This document shows, in pieces, positions 28,140 through 37,415 of a stretch of 64,000 nucleotides of DNA; position 1 is the first letter of the stretch, and every line of letters begins with the position of its first letter. The notes under the pieces are model-generated. The model was not told where the DNA came from. It worked only from the letters and a program-made list of their open reading frames with translations, and did not search any database. The DNA comes from Clostridia bacterium (GTDB taxonomy: Bacteria > Bacillota > Clostridia > Oscillospirales > CAG-272): NCBI GenBank assembly GCA_017537175.1, contig JAFYLH010000014.1, positions 33,513-97,512 of the forward strand, written 5' to 3'. The position numbers and the translations under genes are program-made.

Positions 28140-28904
28140 TCAACCTAATCCAATACATTCGTTACAAATATTGATCGCTTTGGTAAGAATATCGGCTGTA
28201 CCGTTATTTAACGCACCGATGATTATGGCGATACAAGCAAGTACGGCAAAATTGCCGATCAACATATATTTCAAAATATTAGTATGCTTTGCATTTTCAT
28301 TACCGCATCGAGCCTCCTTGGGCACCTTAGGTAAAGCTTTGATGAGCTCCGACTCCGCCTTCATGCTGCGATTGTTGGTATAGTTTACGATCAATGAGTA
28401 AATAAAAGCAGGAATGATCAAAATCACAAAATAAATAAATAGCAAAAGTATCTTGAGATTATCATTGGGGGCAAATGTATAAAATTGAGGCTGGAATATA
28501 ATATATACAAATGCGATAAATGCATCAATCGAAAGTAAAATACTGATCGATTTTTGTGTATACCGAAATCTTTGTTTCTTTGCAATAGCAATTTTGGTTT
28601 CCTCGGAAGCGGCACTTAGATCCTTGACCTTATAAAGTGCTGCGAGTATATAGGAATAGTTCTTTTTAGGATTCTTTTTAACTTGCTCCGGAGCAAATAA
28701 TGATATCACTGCGGTTATGACTGTCAAAGCCGAGGTGAAATATACCGGTATTGATATATAGCCAAATACTGTTGAGATGGCTTCCGGGGTGTATGTGTGA
28801 TTGTTTCCGTAATATATAAACAGGGCACCAGCTGCAAAGCATATGCCTGTCAGCACAATACAGACAGCAAGCATGATTTTTAATGTAATTAATACATATT
28901 TCAC
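28140..28904 (-). CDS. Membrane protein with C-terminal CxxC motif (CD1871A-like KAINICNECIGLG)
   Basis: About 5 TM segments; the terminal motif is typical of small CxxC proteins encoded beside this 4Fe-4S family; GTG start with GGAGG RBS. Confidence 0.7.
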   Translation of the reverse strand: MKYVLITLKIMLAVCIVLTGICFAAGALFIYYGNNHTYTPEAISTVFGYISIPVYFTSALTVITAVISLFAPEQVKKNPKKNYSYILAALYKVKDLSAASEETKIAIAKKQRFRYTQKSISILLSIDAFIAFVYIIFQPQFYTFAPNDNLKILLLFIYFVILIIPAFIYSLIVNYTNNRSMKAESELIKALPKVPKEARCGNENAKHTNILKYMLIGNFAVLACIAIIIGALNNGTADILTKAINICNECIGLG

Positions 28905-28938
28905 CGAAAATGGACCTCCATTCTGTTTTCACTGTGAT

Positions 28939-28967
28939 ATTATAACATAATCATTTTGAATTGTAAA
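28939..28967 (-). promoter_or_regulatory. Sigma-A promoter, leftward (redox pair)
   Basis: Minus strand TTTACA, 17 bp, TATAAT with TG extension. Confidence 0.7.
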
Positions 28968-29016
28968 TATTGTTGAAATAATATTATAAAAATAAATTAA
29001 GTTATGCCGAATTATA

Positions 29017-29045
29017 TTGCAATTTATATATATATGTAGTAAAAT
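29017..29045 (+). promoter_or_regulatory. Sigma-A promoter, rightward (protease-Opp operon)
   Basis: TTGCAA, 17 bp, TAAAAT. Confidence 0.65.
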
Positions 29046-29112
29046 AAACTGAATATGTCTTCGTGTAGCTAAAATCGACATATTTAAGAAAACAAGGAGA
29101 TTCTGCAAATCA

Positions 29113-32100
29113 ATGAAGAACACACAAATCGCAAAGACTATCAAGAGTATGCTTGCATACCTTATGGTGCTTACCTTCCTTTTGGGAAGTATGGCAGTGC
29201 CTGTCGCAAACGCGGCAGCTCCTGATTATACTGCATCGTATATTCAGAAGCTTGACGGTGTTAAGGTAGACTATTCTCAATATCTTGATAATTCCGTAAT
29301 GTTCGAGCTGCCCGAGGGTATCGGTGATGACGAAGAGATTTCTGTTATCGTTACTCTTGACAGAGTTGACATTATGGAAGCTTACGAAAATTCTAACAAA
29401 ACAATGAGCTTTACCGATTACGCAACGGTAAGTGACGACGCATCTGAGATCAGAAGAGCAAATGCTACAGACAAGGCGCAGTTCCTTGCAGACCTTGATG
29501 AGCTTGGTGTTGCCTATACCACAGGCGAGGATTATGATACCGTACTCAGCGGATTTGAGCTTTTGATAAAAGCCGGTGACTTTAAAAAGACCGCTTCAAA
29601 TCTCAGTGCCGGTATGGACATCATCGTTGGTGAGGTATATGAGGCTCAGAAGACAGAGCTGGTTGAAAACGAGGTTAATGTATTTGAAACCGGTATCTTT
29701 GACAGCTCTGATTCGGGATATGACGGAACAGGAATGGTGGTTGCCGTTCTTGATACAGGTCTTGACTATAATCATACTGCATTTTCTACCGATAACTTTA
29801 CATCCGAGACTCTTGGTCTTACATACGAGGATGTAGCAAAGGTAGTTGACGAGACAAAGGCAAGCGAGCTGCTTGACGGTCTTACCGCGCAGGATGTTTA
29901 CATCAGCGAAAAGGTTCCTTACGGTTTTGACTATGCTGACAGTGACCCCGATCCCTATTCAACACACAATAACCACGGTACACATGTATCGGGTATTATT
30001 GTCGGTAACGACGATACCATCCGCGGTGTTGCTCCCAACGCACAGCTTGTATCTATGAAGATATTCTCTGATGTTGTGGATACATCAAGAACAGCATGGA
30101 TACTTGCGGCTCTTGAGGACTGTGTCGTTCTTGGCGTTGATGTTATCAATATGTCTATCGGTACAGCCTGCGGCTTCAGTCGTGAGACTGACGAAGAGTC
30201 AGTAGGCGGTATTTACGATAAGATCCGTGATGCCGGTATTAATATGATCGTGGCGGCATCTAACAGCTATAGCTCTGCATACGGCTCCGAGGCCAACGGT
30301 AACCTCGGTCTTACATCCAACCCCGATACAGGAACAGTCGGATCCCCCTCTACATATGACGGTGTAATGTCTGTTGCTTCTATCAGCGGTACCGAAACTC
30401 CTTATCTTAAATATGGTGATACAATTATATATTTTACCGAGTCCTCCGATGCTTCAGGCGAGGAAAACGATTTCTTTAAAACATTACTTGGCGAAAAGGA
30501 TTCTGTAAAGATAGATTATGTTCGTATACCCGGTGTGGGCAGATCAGCCGACTATACCGGTGTGAATGTAAAGGGAAAGATCGCTTTGGTCCGCAGAGGT
30601 CAGAATACCTTTGAAGAAAAAGCGATGATTGCACAGGAGCAGGGTGCTGCCGGTATTATCATTTATAACAATGTATCCGGTGACATAAAAATGAATGTGG
30701 GCGAGGCAGAGCTTGCTGCCTGCTCGATCTCACAGAACGACGGTGAGCTCCTTGCAAAGAAGGATAAGGGAACTCTTAAGATCTCAAAGAAGCAGACCTC
30801 AGGTCCCTTTATCTCAGACTTCTCCTCCTGGGGTCCCAGCCCCAACCTCGAGCTCAAGCCCGAGATCACCGCTCACGGCGGTAGTATTCTTTCCGCTATA
30901 ACAGGCGGCAGCTATGACCGTATTTCCGGTACATCTATGGCTTGTCCCAACCTTGCGGGTGTTGTGGTTCTCCTCAGACAGTATGTTGTTGAGAACTTCC
31001 CCGAAATTGCGGATGATAACCAGAAGATCAACATAATGGTTAACTCCCTTATGATGAGTACCGCTGATATTGCTCTGGGTAAAAACGGCTTGCCTTACTC
31101 TGTAAGAAAGCAGGGTGCAGGTCTTGCCAATCTTACCAGCTCCATCAAGACTCCCGCTACCATCACAACAACCGATGCAGACGGTAATGTTATGGACAAG
31201 GCAAAGATTCAGCTTGGTGATGACCCCGAGCGTACCGGTGAATATGAGTTTAGCTTCACCGTACACAATTTTGGTAAGAAGAAGGTTACCTACAGCCTTG
31301 GTGCTATCGTTATGACCGAGGGTGTAAGCGAAACCAAGACCAATTCCGGTAAGACTACCATTACTGAGGAGTCCTACATACTTGAGGGTGCAAAATTTGA
31401 GATCGTCAAGGTTGAGGGCGGCAAAAAGAGCGGTAAGAATGTTAAGGTCGGTGCAGGTAAGGAAGCAACCGTTACCGCAAGGATCACACTTACTAAGGAA
31501 AACAAAAAGTATCTTAACGATTCCTTCGAAAACGGTATGTATGTTGAGGGCTTTATCACCCTCAAGGCAAAGTCCGGCACAAAGATAGATCTTAATGTTC
31601 CTTACCTTGCTTTCTACGGTGACTGGACCGAAGCTCCCATGTTTGACCTCACATATTATGATACCAACGCAGACGAGCTTGATGACGGTATCGATGTTGA
31701 GGACAAGGTAATGGCAGATGCATATGCCTCCAGACCCATAGGCGGCGTTAGTGAGGACTATGTAAGCTATCTTGGTTCATATTACTTCCTCCAGGATCCC
31801 GAGGATATTGCGATCTCCGCACAGAAGGAGCATGTTTCGCTTTCAAATCAGGAGGGAACAATACATTCACTGCGTTATGTTTGGGCAGGTATGCTTCGTA
31901 ACGCAGCAAAGATCAACATAAGCATAACAGATTCTGTTACCGGTGATGTTATTTTCGAAAAGGAAGAAACTGATATCCGTAAGTCCTACAGTGACGGCGG
32001 TGCAATGATCTATCCTGCGAATGTTGAGCTTGAATTTGATGCTATTGACTATAACCTTGAGAACAACAGCGAGTATACCGTAAGACTTGAGGGATATCTC

Positions 32101-35100
32101 GATTACGGTGATGGCGGCGTTGAGACCAACAAGAATAATGTTTTTGAATTTCCTCTTGTTGCCGATTTCGAGGCTCCTACCATTACCAATGTAGAATATA
32201 CATATAAATATGATAAGACATTAGAAAAGAACAGACTTTACGCCGATGTATATATCTACGATAATCACTATACAATGTCTTCACAGCTCGGATATGTAAC
32301 CGAGGGTAAGGATGAAAACGACAATGTTATTCCCGAAATGAAGGCATTTGAGCAGTATATGACCCCCGTATACTCCGAGAGAAACAGCACAACAAAGGTT
32401 ACTTACGAGCTTACAGATTACATATACGATATCAAAAATTACGCAACCAAAAAGAACACCTTTGTTATAACCGCATATGACTATGCGCTTAATTTCGCAA
32501 CATACGAGTTTGGTCTGCCCGATAACTTTACCGAGTTTGTATTTGATGGACTTGACGAGGGTCTCACTCTCAGTCCCAATGAGGTTTATACTCTCACTCC
32601 CAGCGTTACCCCCGGTGACCAATGGGCAGAGCTTATAGAATTCTCCTCCTCCAAGCCCAGTGTTGTAAGAGTTGTTAACAACAAGCTTGTTGCTGTAGCA
32701 AGCGGTACTGCAACAATTAAGGCACAGGATCCCAATACCAACGAGAGTATTACATTTAAGGTAACCGTTCTCAAAAAGGACGACGAGGGCTATAAGCGCT
32801 TTGATAAGCCTGTCGCTGATGTCTTTACTCTTGACGGATTTAATACGATCAAGGCTTATTATATATTAGAAAATGAAGATAAGGACATAGGTGACACCGG
32901 AAGTAAGAATCAGTTTGAAGGTAAATATAACCTTGCGATGTATCCTTCTGAGTCTGTTTTACTTCAGTATTCACTTGATTCTTATTTCCCCAAGGATACC
33001 AAGGTAGCTTTTGAAAGCAGTAACGAAGAGATCGTAAAGGTTGATGCAAGCGGATGTGTTACCGCTGTTGAAGAAGGCTTTGCATCTGTAACCGTTAAGG
33101 TGCTTATGGATAACGAAAGTACCTACTATTCCGAGACCGTATCTGTAGAGGTCAAGGATCCCTATGTTACCACAGGTCCCAGCCTTACACATTATTACGG
33201 TAACGGCGGTCTGGTTGACATTCCCAAGAAGCTTTCTCTTACCGAGATCGGCTCCTTTGCGTTCTCCAACTTCAATTATGTTATGAAGACCGAGGCTGAG
33301 CTTGCTTTGGATGACAGAGAAAAGTCCAAGCAGTGGTTTATCGGTGACAGCACTATTACAAAGGTAGTTATCCCCGAGGGTGTTGAAAAGATCAACTCCT
33401 ATGCCTTTGCAAACCTCACAGCACTTGAGGAGGTAGTATTCCCCTCAACTCTTGAGCATATTGATTACGGTGCATTCTATAACTGCACATCTCTTAAGAA
33501 GATCACATTCAGCTCTGATAACAATCTTAAGGTTATTAACCAGAACTGCTTTGAGAACTGTAATATAAGTGAGCTGGACCTCAGCGCAGTTTGTGTTATC
33601 TCTAACTATGCATTTGCGGGAAACCAGAATCTTAAGAAGGTTGTTCTCGGTGATACACTTATTTCTGTAGGTCAGTATGCATTTGCAGGATGTAAGAAGC
33701 TTTCTGATATAACTATCGAATCCGAAAAGGTTAAGTACGGTGCTTACGCTTTTACAGGATGTGCTTCTCTCAAGGAATTCTATGTTAACTCTTCGGTTCT
33801 TCCTGAGGGTATGTTCTATGAGTGTAAGGAAATGACCAAGGTTACCATCGGTCCCGATGTTGATGATATCGGGGTATTTGCATTCAGAGAAACACAGATC
33901 AAGGAATTTGAGATCCATAAGAAGAATAAGACCTTCAAGGTTCAGACAGCGGATCATATTCTTACCACCGACTCCAAGACCCTGGTTGCGGTTTCTCCTG
34001 TAATTAAAGGTGAGTTTACTGCTGCAACCATTAAAGCCGATAAGATCAATACTATTGCAAAGGGTGCGTTCTCCCATAACCAGAGCATTACCTCTGTAAC
34101 ACTTGAAAAGGTTACAAAAATTGGGGACTACGGCCTTGCTTCCAATAAAAATCTTAAAACCGTAAAGCTCGGTGAGCTTAAAGAAATAGGCAATTATGCT
34201 TTCTTTGAGGCTTCTATTTCCGAGATGCCTGCATTTACCGAAAAGACTAAGATCGGTAAATATGCATTCTCCTTCAGCAAGATAACATCTGTTACGATTC
34301 CTGACGGATTTAAGATCGAAGAGGGAACCTTCAGCGAATGCTCCGCTCTTGAGACGGTCGTTATAGGTGACGATGTTACAATAGGCGATCATGCATTCAG
34401 TACCGACAAGGATACGGCATTTAAGGTTCTCACTGGTGGCGGTTCTACCGGCGATGGTGAGGATGCTGTAGTAGAAAGAAAGTATTTCTATTATGAATTT
34501 TCTTCACCTCTTAAGAATCTTACAATAGGTAAGGATGCCAAGATCGGAGACTATGCATTCAACAACGCAGCAAGTCTTGAGACAGTAACTCTTGGCGAGG
34601 GTGCCGAGATCGGTAAGATGAGCTTCTACAATACATCAAGCTTAAAGAACATCGATCTTTCAAAGGTTAAGTCCTTTGGCGACTATGCTATATCCGGTGA
34701 TGTGTATTATGCTTGTCTTGATGACAGTATGACCGTACCCGATGTTACCTCCGAGGGTATGTACCGTTATACATATCACGGTCCTCTGATCGAGTCTGCT
34801 GATATCTCCTCCGCAAAGAGTATTGGTGAGTATTCATTCTCGTACTGCAGAAATCTTGTTGATATCAAGCTTGGTGATAAGATAACCGAGATCCCCAAAT
34901 ATGCCTTCGCAGGATGTGCTGCACTCAAGAATATCAATCTTACCAATGTAGAGAAGATCGATGAATACGCATTTATGGAATGCGGTCTTGAAAAAATAGA
35001 TATTTCCAAGTGTGAAAGCGTTGGTGATTATGGCTTTGTTTCTAACCGCCAGCTTGCAACTGTTGTACTTTGCGAAAAGGGAACAGATATAGGTGAGGGT

Positions 35101-36345
35101 ACATTCTCATATTGCGATCCTCTTGCAACAGTAACCAACCTCAATGCATCCGAAAATATCGGTGATTACAGCTTTGCATACGATGCAATTACAGAGGTTG
35201 ACCTCACTTCTGCTGTTACCATTGGTAAGAACGCATTTATGAAGGAAACACTTACCAACATCAAGGTAACTCTCGGTGAGGATATCGAGAAGATGGGTGA
35301 CAATCCCTTCGCTATGTGTAAGGTTGCTCCCTTTACATCGGTAGATACCGAAAAGGTAAACGGTGTAAAGCAGGAGGTAACCGTATATGACTTTGAGTTA
35401 AGCGATAATGTTCTCGTTATTGACGGTTCTATCTACTGCAAAAAGGGTGACGGCCTTGAGCTTATAACCTTTGCGGGTAAAGAAACACAGGATGTCAATA
35501 TCCACGAGGATACCATCCGTATATCCGCACTTGCCTTTGCGGGCAGCGATGTTGTTCGCGTAAAGATTCCCTTTATGGTTACCGCAATAGGTCACAAGGC
35601 GTTCTATAAGTGCGATAAGCTTGAGATGGTGCTCTTTGGAAGCCATAATGTTCCTAATTTTGAGGAAGAGTTCGATCCCATGTATTATGAGACCTTTGAG
35701 CATATTCCCGGTTCAGGCGACTATGGCACATATACCGACTACGACGGCAACGAAGTACCGATCACAGGAACAGGAATTCTTCCTTATTATATGTGGAACG
35801 CAACTGACGGTCAGTACTTTACCGTATTCTACGGTGCGAACTTTGTAGATTATGTTGGCTATGTCGAAAACAAGCCTACAATAGTTAAGCCTATAAACGG
35901 TACAGGCTACGATTCCTTTATCTGCGATCAGTATTTTGATCTCAGAATCGACGGTCCTGCCGCTCCCGACAGAACCTCAGTTGAAGCGATCAAGGCTATC
36001 AACGCTATACCCGAAAGAGTGGCTCTTGAGCATAAGGAGCTTGTAGTAAAAGCCCGTGCGGCATTTGATAAGATAGCAACAATTGAGCAGCAGGCACTTG
36101 TATCTAACTATTCAGAGCTTATCTCCGCAGAGCAGAGAATCAAGTCTCTTGAATCCGAAGCAAAGGAAGCTGAGCCAGTCGAAGCTAAGAAGAGCAACAA
36201 TGTTGTTAAGATAATATTGATTATTGTAATTTCGTTTGTTGCGCTTATCGTTCTTCTTGCTGCTGTAGTTATAGTGCTTGTAGTTCTTAAAAAGAAAAGA
36301 TCCTCTAAGAAGGGAGATGCAAATAGTAATGAATCTGTTAAATAA
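29113..36345 (+). CDS. Giant membrane-anchored S8 (subtilisin-like) protease with PA, Ig-like and BspA-type LRR domains
   Basis: Signal peptide; triad VAVLDTG / HGTHVSG / SGTSMACP; PA insert KGKIALVRRG..AAGIIIYN; two Big_2-like repeats; many IGxYAFxxCxxLxxI repeats; C-terminal TM followed by KKKR. Confidence 0.92.
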   Translation: MKNTQIAKTIKSMLAYLMVLTFLLGSMAVPVANAAAPDYTASYIQKLDGVKVDYSQYLDNSVMFELPEGIGDDEEISVIVTLDRVDIMEAYENSNKTMSFTDYATVSDDASEIRRANATDKAQFLADLDELGVAYTTGEDYDTVLSGFELLIKAGDFKKTASNLSAGMDIIVGEVYEAQKTELVENEVNVFETGIFDSSDSGYDGTGMVVAVLDTGLDYNHTAFSTDNFTSETLGLTYEDVAKVVDETKASELLDGLTAQDVYISEKVPYGFDYADSDPDPYSTHNNHGTHVSGIIVGNDDTIRGVAPNAQLVSMKIFSDVVDTSRTAWILAALEDCVVLGVDVINMSIGTACGFSRETDEESVGGIYDKIRDAGINMIVAASNSYSSAYGSEANGNLGLTSNPDTGTVGSPSTYDGVMSVASISGTETPYLKYGDTIIYFTESSDASGEENDFFKTLLGEKDSVKIDYVRIPGVGRSADYTGVNVKGKIALVRRGQNTFEEKAMIAQEQGAAGIIIYNNVSGDIKMNVGEAELAACSISQNDGELLAKKDKGTLKISKKQTSGPFISDFSSWGPSPNLELKPEITAHGGSILSAITGGSYDRISGTSMACPNLAGVVVLLRQYVVENFPEIADDNQKINIMVNSLMMSTADIALGKNGLPYSVRKQGAGLANLTSSIKTPATITTTDADGNVMDKAKIQLGDDPERTGEYEFSFTVHNFGKKKVTYSLGAIVMTEGVSETKTNSGKTTITEESYILEGAKFEIVKVEGGKKSGKNVKVGAGKEATVTARITLTKENKKYLNDSFENGMYVEGFITLKAKSGTKIDLNVPYLAFYGDWTEAPMFDLTYYDTNADELDDGIDVEDKVMADAYASRPIGGVSEDYVSYLGSYYFLQDPEDIAISAQKEHVSLSNQEGTIHSLRYVWAGMLRNAAKINISITDSVTGDVIFEKEETDIRKSYSDGGAMIYPANVELEFDAIDYNLENNSEYTVRLEGYLDYGDGGVETNKNNVFEFPLVADFEAPTITNVEYTYKYDKTLEKNRLYADVYIYDNHYTMSSQLGYVTEGKDENDNVIPEMKAFEQYMTPVYSERNSTTKVTYELTDYIYDIKNYATKKNTFVITAYDYALNFATYEFGLPDNFTEFVFDGLDEGLTLSPNEVYTLTPSVTPGDQWAELIEFSSSKPSVVRVVNNKLVAVASGTATIKAQDPNTNESITFKVTVLKKDDEGYKRFDKPVADVFTLDGFNTIKAYYILENEDKDIGDTGSKNQFEGKYNLAMYPSESVLLQYSLDSYFPKDTKVAFESSNEEIVKVDASGCVTAVEEGFASVTVKVLMDNESTYYSETVSVEVKDPYVTTGPSLTHYYGNGGLVDIPKKLSLTEIGSFAFSNFNYVMKTEAELALDDREKSKQWFIGDSTITKVVIPEGVEKINSYAFANLTALEEVVFPSTLEHIDYGAFYNCTSLKKITFSSDNNLKVINQNCFENCNISELDLSAVCVISNYAFAGNQNLKKVVLGDTLISVGQYAFAGCKKLSDITIESEKVKYGAYAFTGCASLKEFYVNSSVLPEGMFYECKEMTKVTIGPDVDDIGVFAFRETQIKEFEIHKKNKTFKVQTADHILTTDSKTLVAVSPVIKGEFTAATIKADKINTIAKGAFSHNQSITSVTLEKVTKIGDYGLASNKNLKTVKLGELKEIGNYAFFEASISEMPAFTEKTKIGKYAFSFSKITSVTIPDGFKIEEGTFSECSALETVVIGDDVTIGDHAFSTDKDTAFKVLTGGGSTGDGEDAVVERKYFYYEFSSPLKNLTIGKDAKIGDYAFNNAASLETVTLGEGAEIGKMSFYNTSSLKNIDLSKVKSFGDYAISGDVYYACLDDSMTVPDVTSEGMYRYTYHGPLIESADISSAKSIGEYSFSYCRNLVDIKLGDKITEIPKYAFAGCAALKNINLTNVEKIDEYAFMECGLEKIDISKCESVGDYGFVSNRQLATVVLCEKGTDIGEGTFSYCDPLATVTNLNASENIGDYSFAYDAITEVDLTSAVTIGKNAFMKETLTNIKVTLGEDIEKMGDNPFAMCKVAPFTSVDTEKVNGVKQEVTVYDFELSDNVLVIDGSIYCKKGDGLELITFAGKETQDVNIHEDTIRISALAFAGSDVVRVKIPFMVTAIGHKAFYKCDKLEMVLFGSHNVPNFEEEFDPMYYETFEHIPGSGDYGTYTDYDGNEVPITGTGILPYYMWNATDGQYFTVFYGANFVDYVGYVENKPTIVKPINGTGYDSFICDQYFDLRIDGPAAPDRTSVEAIKAINAIPERVALEHKELVVKARAAFDKIATIEQQALVSNYSELISAEQRIKSLESEAKEAEPVEAKKSNNVVKIILIIVISFVALIVLLAAVVIVLVVLKKKRSSKKGDANSNESVK

Positions 36346-37336
36346 AAATGTATTAAAAGTACTTTTGATTACAGTATTTGCTGTTAGCTGTTGTCTTCTT
36401 ATTGCAGGATGCTCTGATCTGAGTACTCCTTATGATATCAATAACAAAGATGGTTATACCGTTAGCGTCAAGTTTGACGCTAACGGAGGTACCTTTGGCG
36501 ATAATGCATCTTTGTCGGTAATGGTCGATTCCTTTGATCCCACCGTTTCTACAGAGATCGCGCTTCTTTCCCCTGATGATCCCGCAAGAGGTGATACAAA
36601 CAGCTTTGTTGCGCAGAAAAGCGAGAGCTTTCTTGTGGGATGGTACAGGGATCGTATAGATAACGGTGACGGAACCTTTAGTTACTCTGGTAAATGGGAT
36701 TTTGAAAATGACAGACTTACCGTTGATCCCGAAGGGTCCTATAGTGCCGATGAACCTGTAATGACTCTGTATGCGGCATGGCAGCCCCGTTTTAAGGTTG
36801 AGTTTTATGACCTTGATTCCTCAGAGCTGCTTGATACCTATATATTTGATCCCAACTACGGTTTAGAGATCAATATACCCTTTGTCGACGAGAAAAAGGG
36901 TGAATATAAAATGTATAAGTTCCCCGAAAAGTCGGGATATACATTCAAAAATGTATATATAGACGAGGCTGCTACTCAGGCTATTGATACCACAACATAT
37001 CTCCACCCCGGTGTTATCGATTATGATAACGCTGTCGTTTCCGGTGAAACGTTAAAGCTGTATGTCGAGTGGACCCAAGGCGAATGGTATTATATTTATG
37101 ACGCCAAGCAGCTTAAAAAGCATGCTGATACAGATTCCAATCTTGTAATCTGCGCCGACCTTGACCTTGAAGGTAAGGGTTGGCCTGAGGATCTGCTTGA
37201 TAAAGACTTCAGCGGTACTGTAATAGGAAACGGACATACTGTTTCAAATTTTGATATTGACAGTATTTACAATATCGAAGAATACGGAAATATGACCGAT
37301 ATTAAATTCATACTCTCGGATAACAGCGACAGCTGA
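36317..37336 (+). CDS. Lipoprotein with InlB-B/Flg_new-like repeats
   Basis: Lipobox LIAGC; VKFDANGGTF..FLVGWY..TLYAAW and PEKSGYTF..LYVEW repeats; overlaps the protease stop. Confidence 0.7.
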   Translation: MQIVMNLLNKNVLKVLLITVFAVSCCLLIAGCSDLSTPYDINNKDGYTVSVKFDANGGTFGDNASLSVMVDSFDPTVSTEIALLSPDDPARGDTNSFVAQKSESFLVGWYRDRIDNGDGTFSYSGKWDFENDRLTVDPEGSYSADEPVMTLYAAWQPRFKVEFYDLDSSELLDTYIFDPNYGLEINIPFVDEKKGEYKMYKFPEKSGYTFKNVYIDEAATQAIDTTTYLHPGVIDYDNAVVSGETLKLYVEWTQGEWYYIYDAKQLKKHADTDSNLVICADLDLEGKGWPEDLLDKDFSGTVIGNGHTVSNFDIDSIYNIEEYGNMTDIKFILSDNSDS

Positions 37337-37415
37337 GATCAGATGTATATTTGAAGGTTATATCTTGATATTATTTAAAGTTAATAAATAAATGAAAATA
37401 AAAGGAGCAAACAAA

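Noticed and set aside
28905-29112. CodY box controlling the protease operon
   Set aside because: I found no convincing match to AATTTTCWGAAAATT; partial matches are expected in AT-rich DNA.
28929-29144. Short ORFs in AT-rich intergenic regions (also 8335-8556, 53081-53287, 53553-53924)
   Set aside because: They overlap promoters or real genes, have no RBS, and their composition reflects AT bias.
33200-35650. Repetitive-looking region as a possible CRISPR array or DNA tandem repeat
   Set aside because: Periodicity is at protein level (LRRs); there are no identical DNA repeats with spacers and no cas genes.
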